This document shows, piece after piece, positions 57,487-64,000 of a stretch of DNA of 64,000 bases; positions within the stretch are counted from its first letter, which is position 1, and each line of letters starts with the position of its first letter. Source of the DNA: Candidatus Flemingiibacterium sp. (GTDB lineage: Bacteria; Bacillota; Clostridia; Oscillospirales; CAG-272); contig JAZRGK010000063.1 in assembly GCA_045644145.1 (NCBI GenBank), positions 32,487 to 96,486 on the forward strand. Direction: 5' to 3'. The notes beneath the pieces were generated by a model. It was not told where the DNA came from, ran no database searches, and was given only the letters and a program-made list of their open reading frames with translations. Both the position numbers and the translations under genes were made by a program.

Positions 57487-57681
57487 ATGGATGTGAGCTT
57501 AATATTAAAGGTTGCCGGCATCGGACTTACTGTAAGTATAGCGTATCAGCTTTTGTCTAAATACGGACGGGACGAGCAGGCGGTGCTTGTGTCGCTTTCG
57601 GGTATCATAATAGTAATGCTTATGCTCGTGGATAAGCTTGGGGCGCTGTTTTCGAGTATTCGATCGGTATTTGGTATTTGA
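57487..57681 (+). CDS. spoIIIAC: Stage III sporulation protein AC
   Basis: A 64-aa two-helix protein, MDVSLILKVAGIGLTVSIAYQLL..., comparable to B. subtilis SpoIIIAC. The in-frame ATG at 57475 is an alternative start. Confidence 0.8.
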   Translation: MDVSLILKVAGIGLTVSIAYQLLSKYGRDEQAVLVSLSGIIIVMLMLVDKLGALFSSIRSVFGI

Positions 57682-57683
57682 TT

Positions 57684-58064
57684 ATGATAAAATATTGCGG
57701 GGTCGCGCTGTGTGCGCTTGCGGCGATACTCATGCTGCGCGGTCAAAAAAGCGAATTTGCCGGATATGTGAGCCTTGGGACATCAGTGATACTTTTAGGG
57801 GCGGCATTAACAACATTTCTGCCAATTACCGAGTACATAAAGTCTATTGCGGCAGGAACGGAATTCGGCGGATACCTTGAAACGGTAATAAGGGCACTGG
57901 GGATAACTGTGTGTGTTCAGTTTGCCGCTGAAATTTGCAGGGATTCGGGAGAGGGAGCACTTGCTTCGAAGCTTGAACTTATAGGAAAGGCAGAGGTGCT
58001 TATTTTGTGTATGCCGGTCGTAGGCGATCTTATAGAGCTTGCGGCTAAGCTTATGAAGTTATGA
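57684..58064 (+). CDS. spoIIIAD: Stage III sporulation protein AD
   Basis: LGITVCVQFAAEICRDSGEGALASKLELIGKAEVLIL parallels the B. subtilis SpoIIIAD C-terminal half. The TTG at 57678 is an alternative start. Confidence 0.82.
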   Translation: MIKYCGVALCALAAILMLRGQKSEFAGYVSLGTSVILLGAALTTFLPITEYIKSIAAGTEFGGYLETVIRALGITVCVQFAAEICRDSGEGALASKLELIGKAEVLILCMPVVGDLIELAAKLMKL

Positions 58065-59203
58065 AATATTTCATTAAATTATGGACAGCGGTAAGCGTTA
58101 CTCTGCTTTTTGCAGTAAATGTTTTTGCGGCAGAAGCGGATGCGCAGTTTTCTTCAGAAATTTATTCGGCAGAGGAGTTTGATATTGATTCAATCATCGG
58201 GGCTATTCCCGATGAGGCGGCAGAAAAACTTCCCTCTGGTGATATGTTTGATCCTACAAAATTTTCTGAGAATTTTAGTGCGGAATATTTTTTGAGCATT
58301 ATATGGGACATCTTTATATCTGCATTTTCCGGCGTAATAAAGCCTTTTTCAGCTACCTTGGGCCTTATAATCATAGCATCGGTTCTCTCCGCCATGAAGA
58401 GGGGGTTAAGTAATAGCTCGCTTTCCACACTTTTAGAGTTCGTGTCGGGGCTTTGTATTATGCTTATCCTTTACAGCACGATTTTGCCGCTTGTGGAGAA
58501 TGTGAAGCAGTATCTTACAGAGCTTTTGGGTTTCATTGGGGCTATGGTACCGGTGATGATAGCAATTGGCACGGCAGGCGGCAATATAAGCGCATCGGCG
58601 GTTTCGGCGAACGCTATGATGCTTGGTGTGGCACTGGTGGAAACACTGGCAGCGGGGGGCTTGTTTCCTGTATTACAGCTTGATTTCGGGCTTTCAATTG
58701 CTTCCGGATTTGGTGGAATAAAGCTTGGAGGGATATCAAAGATTGTGAGAAATGGCTTCACATGGATAATGGGGCTTGTTTCTGCTGTAATATCGGCGGT
58801 GATGAGCTTCCAAACCTCAATTGCATCCCGTGCGGACAGCCTTTCAATGCGCGCCGTAAGATTTGCGGCTTCAAGTACAGTTCCGGTGGTTGGTTCAATG
58901 GCGAGTGATGCTGTTGGGGCGGTAGCAGGAAGTATAGGGCTTATTAAGGGAACAGTAGGTTGGGTGGGCGTGATTGTTATCATAATACTCACAGTGCCTG
59001 TAACCATGAATATAATACTCACACGGCTTTTTGTAAGCATATCATGTGCCGCGGCTGAAATCGCAGGTCTTGAACGTGAGAAGGAAATACTGTCACAAAT
59101 ATGTGGGCTACTGGGCTTTTTGGCGGCTGTGTGCTTCATAGCATCTCTTATGTTTGTCTATGCGCTTGCGTTATTTGCAAAGAGCAGTGCGGCACTTTTG
59201 TAG
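58061..59203 (+). CDS. spoIIIAE: Stage III sporulation protein AE
   Basis: Signal peptide plus a polytopic membrane protein of about 380 aa, in the expected operon position. ATGA overlap with spoIIIAD. Confidence 0.82.
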   Translation: MKYFIKLWTAVSVTLLFAVNVFAAEADAQFSSEIYSAEEFDIDSIIGAIPDEAAEKLPSGDMFDPTKFSENFSAEYFLSIIWDIFISAFSGVIKPFSATLGLIIIASVLSAMKRGLSNSSLSTLLEFVSGLCIMLILYSTILPLVENVKQYLTELLGFIGAMVPVMIAIGTAGGNISASAVSANAMMLGVALVETLAAGGLFPVLQLDFGLSIASGFGGIKLGGISKIVRNGFTWIMGLVSAVISAVMSFQTSIASRADSLSMRAVRFAASSTVPVVGSMASDAVGAVAGSIGLIKGTVGWVGVIVIIILTVPVTMNIILTRLFVSISCAAAEIAGLEREKEILSQICGLLGFLAAVCFIASLMFVYALALFAKSSAALL

Positions 59204-59221
59204 GAGGAATGTCGGTAAATT

Positions 59222-59650
59222 ATGATAGAGATAAAGGGATTCATTATGTCGCTTGTATGTGCTGCCGCGGCATCTGCTCTTATTGAGGGATTTGTTCCTG
59301 AAGGAGGCATGAAAAAATATGTTAAATACTTAATATCACTGGTGATTCTTGCCGTGCTGGCAGCACCGCTTGGTAAGATCATAAGTGAACTGCCGAGCTT
59401 TACATATACGGATTCATTTATAGATGATAGCAAAGAAGCCTCAGCTAAGGCAAATTCCATTGTGGCAATGCACATAGAAAAGGCGGTAAGCGAAAAATTC
59501 TCCATAGGGAAAGGGGAGATTTCGGTGAAATACAACGGTGAGGGTATAACGGTGTGTGCAAAGGCGAAGCCGTGGCTTTATGCGGAGGATATCATCATAT
59601 ACATTGCAGGTACTTTCGGAGTTTCGGCGGAGGTAAGCTTTTATGAATGA
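59222..59650 (+). CDS. spoIIIAF: Stage III sporulation protein AF
   Basis: Two N-terminal helices with GGMKKYVKYLISLVILAVL (compare B. subtilis SSMQKYAKMVVSLLLIVVML). In the expected operon position. Confidence 0.75.
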   Translation: MIEIKGFIMSLVCAAAASALIEGFVPEGGMKKYVKYLISLVILAVLAAPLGKIISELPSFTYTDSFIDDSKEASAKANSIVAMHIEKAVSEKFSIGKGEISVKYNGEGITVCAKAKPWLYAEDIIIYIAGTFGVSAEVSFYE

Positions 59651-60140
59651 TAACGGTATGCTGAGCCGTATAAGAGTGTTAGTTTCGGAGAAGAAAGGTC
59701 TGTGGCTTATAGTGGCTGTACTTTTGCTTGGAATCGTACTTATGATTTTTGGGGATGCTGGGGACAATTCTGAAAAGCTTGGCGGTGACGGAGAGAGCCT
59801 TGGTGCGGATGAGCTTGAATATAGGGTAAAGGAGTTGTGTGAGCGAGTTAGGGGTGTTTCTGAGGTGTCGGTCATGATAACATTTGAAACTGCTGGTGAG
59901 CAGATATACGCACAGAATACAAAAAGCACGGGTGTCGGAAACGGTGGTGAGGCGCGTGTGGAATATGTGACTGTTTCGGGGGATGTTGTACCGATTGGTA
60001 CTGTAATGCCCCGTATACGGGGTATTGCAGTGGTGTGCAGGGGCGGTGATGATGTGTCGGTAAAGCTTAAGCTTACAGAAATGCTTTGCACCCTTTTCTC
60101 CGTAGATTCAAATGCGGTGAGCATTATGGGGGGAAAATAG
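59643..60140 (+). CDS. spoIIIAG: Stage III sporulation protein AG
   Basis: One N-terminal TM helix and a C-terminal block IRGIAVVCRGG typical of SpoIIIAG ring-forming proteins. Overlaps spoIIIAF by 8 nt. Confidence 0.78.
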   Translation: MNDNGMLSRIRVLVSEKKGLWLIVAVLLLGIVLMIFGDAGDNSEKLGGDGESLGADELEYRVKELCERVRGVSEVSVMITFETAGEQIYAQNTKSTGVGNGGEARVEYVTVSGDVVPIGTVMPRIRGIAVVCRGGDDVSVKLKLTEMLCTLFSVDSNAVSIMGGK

Positions 60141-60211
60141 CGAGTTTTGGTATAAAGCAATAGCTGTCGGCATATTTATGTAACAGTTCAATATGTGAAA
60201 GGAGAAGTATT

Positions 60212-60850
60212 ATGGACGAGAATATTATGCATGAAACTGATGAGAACGTGGGGACGGAGCTTGTATGTACAGAAAGCGAAACACGTTTTTCGAGAGGTAT
60301 AAAAAAATTGAAGGGTGTTGCGGGGAAAATAGGCACGAGGAATATTGTTGTGGCGTGCTCCGTAATGCTAATAGGGCTTGCCGTGATACTTAATTTTGTC
60401 ATGTTCTCAGGTTCTGGACCTTCACTCGGCGACGGTGATGTTCTCGGTGCGGGACTTAGCGAGGACGATGGTGAGGCACAGTCAAAAATAGAAGATGCCT
60501 ACTTTGCCTCGGCACAGCTTTCGCGTAAGCAGGCGAGAGATCAGGCACTTGCGGTTCTTCAGACAGTAGTTGAAAGCACAAACGCGGATGCCACGGCAAA
60601 AGAGCAGGCGTCGGTTGATATCAGCCGCATTGCTTCCGAGATACAAATGGAGTCAAACATTGAAACCCTTATAAAATCAAAGGGGTTTGAGGACTGTGTG
60701 GCGGTGATCGGAGAGGGTAGTGCCAGCATAATTGTCCGCTCGGACGGACTGCTCCCAAATGAGCTTTCTCAGATAAAGGAGATCGTATGGGAACATGCAG
60801 GAATAGATCCTGTAGGGATAAAAATAATAGAACAGAAAACAGAGGCATGA
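60212..60850 (+). CDS. spoIIIAH: Stage III sporulation protein AH
   Basis: N-terminal TM helix, then FASAQLSRKQARDQALAVLQ...IETLIKSKGFEDCVAVI, a SpoIIIAH-like domain. AAGGAG RBS. Last gene of the operon. Confidence 0.78.
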   Translation: MDENIMHETDENVGTELVCTESETRFSRGIKKLKGVAGKIGTRNIVVACSVMLIGLAVILNFVMFSGSGPSLGDGDVLGAGLSEDDGEAQSKIEDAYFASAQLSRKQARDQALAVLQTVVESTNADATAKEQASVDISRIASEIQMESNIETLIKSKGFEDCVAVIGEGSASIIVRSDGLLPNELSQIKEIVWEHAGIDPVGIKIIEQKTEA

Positions 60851-60853
60851 TAC

Positions 60854-60893
60854 AAAAAGGAGCTGTTACACTTAGGTGCAACAGCTCCTTTTT
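60854..60893. terminator. Bidirectional rho-independent terminator (spoIIIAH / pfkA)
   Basis: AAAAAGGAGCTGTT ... AACAGCTCCTTTTT, a 14-nt complementary pair including the A/T runs. Confidence 0.85.
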
Positions 60894-60901
60894 CGGGATT
60901 T

Positions 60902-61969
60902 TTAGTTCTCGCCGATTGTCTTTGCAATATCCATGAGATCTTCAAGGACTGCTCTCTTTTCCGCACAGCGAGTCTTCATAGCATCAAGCTGTTCTGCGGT
61001 GAATTTATCAAGGTCGCCGTCCTTCAGCTTGTTCTTATACATGCGGTCAACAACCAGTGCCCATGCAATATCAGTTTCAATAAGCTTTCCGTCGCGCTCG
61101 CATACTACCAGGTCAGACTTGCCCTCAAGGATAAGGTCAACCGCGAAATAACCCATACGGGTTGCGGTAAGTCTGTCACGAAGTGTGGGAGAACCGCCGC
61201 GCACCATATGGGCAAGGCGGATAAAACGGGAGTCTATATTAGCCTCTCTTCTCATGCGCTCGGTAAGATTTTCACCAAATCCGTCCGGCATGCTTTCGGA
61301 GTGCATAATAAGGAAGCTTCTCTGACCCTTTTCGCGAAGCTCTATAAGCTTTGCAATGCATGCGTCTTCATCAAAGGGAAGTTCCTTAACCGCAACGGCA
61401 TTTGCGCCGCAGGCAATACCGCATTCAATGGCGATGTAGCCGGCGTGACGCCCCATAACCTCAATAACCTCTCCGCGTGCATGAGATTCGCAGGTATCTC
61501 TAAGGCGGTCAGCCGCATGGAGAACGGTGTTCATAGCGGTGTCAAAACCGATGGAATAATCGGTGGAAGTGATGTCATTATCGATGGTACAAGGTATGCC
61601 AATGGTAGGAATACCGCGCATGGAAAGGTCTGTAGCTCCGCGGAAGGTTCCGTCGCCGCCGCAGGCGATAATACCGTCGATCTCGTTGTCCTTGCAGGTT
61701 TTGATAGCCTTAGCCATACCCGCTTCGGTGGCGAATTCATCGCAGCGGTCGGAGTAGAGAATGGTTCCGCCAAATCCTGTAATATTTGCTACATCAAGAG
61801 ATGTAAGCTTGCGAAGCTCTCCGCTGATAAGACCAGTATAGCCTTTGCAGATACCCACAACTTCTACACCGCGTGCAAGAGCGGAGCGAACAACGGCACG
61901 CACTGCCGCGTTCATGCCCGGAGCATCACCGCCGGATGTTAAAACGCCTATTTTTCTGAATTTTCTCAT
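60902..61969 (-). CDS. pfkA: ATP-dependent 6-phosphofructokinase
   Basis: IGVLTSGGDAPGMNAA, GGDGT, PCTIDND, MGR. I chose the ATG at 61969 (MRKFRKIGVL...). The ORF-track start at 62005 has no support. Confidence 0.92.
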   Translation of the reverse strand: MRKFRKIGVLTSGGDAPGMNAAVRAVVRSALARGVEVVGICKGYTGLISGELRKLTSLDVANITGFGGTILYSDRCDEFATEAGMAKAIKTCKDNEIDGIIACGGDGTFRGATDLSMRGIPTIGIPCTIDNDITSTDYSIGFDTAMNTVLHAADRLRDTCESHARGEVIEVMGRHAGYIAIECGIACGANAVAVKELPFDEDACIAKLIELREKGQRSFLIMHSESMPDGFGENLTERMRREANIDSRFIRLAHMVRGGSPTLRDRLTATRMGYFAVDLILEGKSDLVVCERDGKLIETDIAWALVVDRMYKNKLKDGDLDKFTAEQLDAMKTRCAEKRAVLEDLMDIAKTIGEN

Positions 61970-62193
61970 GAGGTTTATCTTCCTTTTATTGAATATTGTG
62001 TACATAGAAAGTATCGTGGAAATTTTTCACCAAATTATATTTTAATATATTTTTTGCAAAAAATCAAGTAGATATTCGACATTTTTTGGAATTATTGGTG
62101 TAGAAAAGTGGGGGGGAAATATAAAGTTTGTTGTGTAAATTGCATTTGAAGTACAACAGGATGCAAAAAAAACAAGAAAATTGCGTTAGGATC

Positions 62194-62222
62194 TTGCAAA
62201 AAGCAAGAAAATAATGTATAAT
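62194..62222 (+). promoter_or_regulatory. Near-consensus sigma-A promoter upstream of the CNNM/CorC transporter leader
   Basis: TTGCAA (62194-62199), 17 nt, then TATAAT (62217-62222). Confidence 0.6.
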
Positions 62223-62257
62223 GATAACAATATATATTGCGAAGGAGTGGTAAATAC

Positions 62258-62335
62258 ATGAGCGATAATCCCAAACCTGCCCGACGATGCACAAATCCAA
62301 ATAATATTACAGTGACACATGTTGCACCACCGTGA
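62258..62335 (+). CDS. Candidate 25-codon leader peptide ending in Pro-Pro-stop
   Basis: GAAGGAG (62241-62247) lies 10 nt before the ATG. The ORF encodes MSDNPKPARRCTNPNNITVTHVAPP followed by TGA. It lies between the promoter and the transporter start. There is no conservation evidence. Confidence 0.3.
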   Translation: MSDNPKPARRCTNPNNITVTHVAPP

Positions 62336-62388
62336 TTCTCCGAAGATGAGAAGTATAAATAATATGTGCATATTTTCAGGAGATTATA

Positions 62389-63669
62389 ATGGACGGCAAT
62401 AGTTTAACGATGATAATAGCTATCGTGATACTTATCATGATGTCAGCAATGTTTTCGGCAACAGAAACCGCTTTCAATACATTTAACCGCGTGCGCATGA
62501 AAAATTTGGCTTCCGACGGCAATAAACGCGCCGCACTGGTTATGAAACTGTCGGAGGATTACGATTCGCTTCTTTCCACAATACTTATTGGAAATAATAT
62601 GGTAAATATAGGGTTGACCGCAATTGCCACGGTTATGTTTGTGAATTGGCTGCCAACAAACGGTGCGGCGATATCAACAGCGGTGACAACGGTGCTGGTG
62701 CTTATTTTTGGTGAGATTTCTCCAAAAAGCATAGCAAAAGAGAAGCCGGATGGATTCAGCATGGCTATAGCTCCGCTTATCCGCGTGTTAATGGTTGTTT
62801 TTACGCCTCTTAACCTTTTCTTCCGAGGTTGGAAAAAGCTGCTCGCGAAAATATTCAAGGCAGGCGAAACCCAGGTGATGACCGACGATGAGATTATGAC
62901 AATAGTTGATGAAGCGCAACAGGACGGCGGTATTGATGAACAGGAGGGTGAGCTTATCCGTTCTGCCATAGAATTTGTTGATGCTGAGGCGGCGGATATT
63001 ATTACCCCACGTGTTGATGTGGTGGCAATAGAAAAGGATGCGTCCTTTGAGGAGATAACGGAAATATTCCATACAACCGGATTCTCGCGTTTGCCGGTGT
63101 ATGAGGAAACCATAGACAACATTATCGGTATACTCCATGAGAAGGATTTCTTTTATATATGCAAAGAGGGAAATTCCGATATGTTATCGGTTCTGAAAAA
63201 GCCGTTTCTTGTTACATGCCATGTGAAGATTTCAAGGCTTCTTACGGAGTTTCAGCAGGCTAAGGCTCATATGGCAGTTGTCCTTGATGACTATGGCGGA
63301 ACAATGGGTATTGTTACCCTCGAAGATGTTATCGAGGAGCTTGTAGGCGACATCTGGGATGAGCATGACGAGGTGGTTGAGCAGGTAACGGAACATTCTG
63401 ACGGTACTGTAACCCTTGCGGGAGATGCCAAAACCGTTGAAATGTTTGAGATATTCGATATTCAGCCTGACTCCGATGAGGAGCTTCCTCAGACTGTAAG
63501 CGGATGGGTTACAATGCAGCTTGGCGAATTCCCTGAGCAGGGCGTGGAATTTGATTTTGGCGAGCTTCATGTGGAGATTACAAAGGTTGATGACAAGCTT
63601 GTGGAAGAAGTTAAGATTACTAAAATGCAGTCGGAAACTGCAGACGAGAAATCTGACAATGAAGAATAA
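62389..63669 (+). CDS. CNNM(DUF21)-CBS-CorC_HlyC family transporter (hemolysin-family/putative Mg2+ or Co2+ efflux)
   Basis: N-terminal four-helix DUF21-like region (ATETAF, GEISPKS), a CBS pair, and a C-terminal transporter-associated domain. AGGAG RBS. Confidence 0.88.
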   Translation: MDGNSLTMIIAIVILIMMSAMFSATETAFNTFNRVRMKNLASDGNKRAALVMKLSEDYDSLLSTILIGNNMVNIGLTAIATVMFVNWLPTNGAAISTAVTTVLVLIFGEISPKSIAKEKPDGFSMAIAPLIRVLMVVFTPLNLFFRGWKKLLAKIFKAGETQVMTDDEIMTIVDEAQQDGGIDEQEGELIRSAIEFVDAEAADIITPRVDVVAIEKDASFEEITEIFHTTGFSRLPVYEETIDNIIGILHEKDFFYICKEGNSDMLSVLKKPFLVTCHVKISRLLTEFQQAKAHMAVVLDDYGGTMGIVTLEDVIEELVGDIWDEHDEVVEQVTEHSDGTVTLAGDAKTVEMFEIFDIQPDSDEELPQTVSGWVTMQLGEFPEQGVEFDFGELHVEITKVDDKLVEEVKITKMQSETADEKSDNEE

Positions 63670-63674
63670 GTGCG

Positions 63675-63701
63675 TGCCGCCGTTTGGCGGCATCACTTTT
63701 T
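63675..63701 (+). terminator. Rho-independent terminator
   Basis: TGCCGCC gttt GGCGGCA, then CACTTTTT. Confidence 0.75.
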
Positions 63702-63824
63702 ATGAATTTTACGGAAAATATAGTGGAAATCCAAAAAGATTTACAAAAAGTTCAATCTGTTGTAAGGTGTAATATATGAGTTTGGAGTAAAATTATTAGA
63801 GTGATACCGCTTGGGGGTGGGGAT

Positions 63825-64000
63825 GTGTTTGGTTATATCAGACCGGCTGCGGCAGAGCTTAAGGTCAAGGAATATGAGCTTTACCGTGCGGTATACTGCG
63901 GACTGTGCGAGGCACTTGGACGTAACATCACCTGCTTTTCAAGGCTTTCGTTAAACTATGATCTTGTATTCCTTGCTATAGTCCGTATGTCGCTTTCAGG
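63825..64000 (+). CDS. N-terminal fragment of a conserved hypothetical Cys-motif protein (DUF5685-like, unverified); continues past the window end
   Basis: The GTG at 63825 follows GGGGGTGGGG. Translation is (M)FGYIRPAAAELKVKEYELYRAVYCGLCEALGRNITCFSRLSLNYDLVFLAIV. Confidence 0.6.
   Translation, partial: MFGYIRPAAAELKVKEYELYRAVYCGLCEALGRNITCFSRLSLNYDLVFLAIVRMSLS

Noticed and set aside
62064-62371. Minus-strand ORFs 62064..62300, 62092..62292 and 62186..62371 in the pfkA/CNNM divergent spacer
   Set aside because: They are AT-rich intergenic sequence with mutually overlapping frames, no RBS and low-complexity translations. The region is better explained by two divergent promoters and a leader.
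1-64000. Search by eye for CRISPR arrays, tRNA/rRNA genes, transposases, integrases, phage modules, toxin-antitoxin pairs and known defence genes
   Set aside because: I found none. All intergenic regions over 100 nt were read, and they are accounted for by promoters, leaders and hairpin terminators. No direct-repeat arrays or tRNA-like sequences were seen. A computational scan (tRNAscan-SE, Infernal, CRISPR finders) would be needed to be certain.

Overview
This 64-kb window looks like the core chromosome of a spore-forming Firmicute, probably Clostridia. It carries a complete spoIIIAA-AH operon, spoVM and a SleB-type hydrolase. I recognised no rRNA, tRNA, CRISPR array, transposase, integrase, phage gene or known defence gene. 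Gene order from left to right: (1) two tandem secreted S8 subtilases on the minus strand, the first running off the window edge. (2) coaX plus an ECF S-component. (3) The long conserved Firmicute plus-strand cluster yicC-remA-gmk-rpoZ-priA-def-fmt-(Zn peptidase)-rsmB-rlmN-stp-prkC-rsgA-thiN-spoVM. (4) metA. (5) A 1041-aa membrane-anchored exoprotein, then a small membrane ORF, an nrdG-like gene, a PurM-like gene, rbsK and ruvX. (6) Envelope and miscellaneous genes: an SGNH hydrolase, queH, a YgjP-like metallopeptidase, a VanY-type peptidase, lysC, an amidohydrolase, an FkbM methyltransferase and a rhomboid-like protein. (7) uvrB-uvrA. (8) A minus-strand block: small ORF, SleB-like hydrolase, proS, MBL hydrolase, tex, an RsuA-like synthase and a tail-anchored ORF. 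(9) rplS, then an 821-aa paralogue of the 1041-aa exoprotein. (10) A DUF218-like gene, a methyltransferase, a CPBP protease, yajC and a small membrane protein. (11) spoIIIAA-AH. (12) pfkA, a CNNM/CorC transporter and the start of a Cys-motif protein. I found no convincing undescribed multi-gene system. The items most worth follow-up are a 25-codon leader ORF ending in Pro-Pro-stop upstream of the CNNM/CorC transporter, the pair of paralogous C-terminally anchored exoproteins with glycoside-hydrolase-like motifs (one degenerate), three consecutive stem-loops inside the spoIIIA operon, and an unlisted spoVM micro-ORF. All calls come from reading the sequence and ORF translations by eye; no searches or folding calculations were run.
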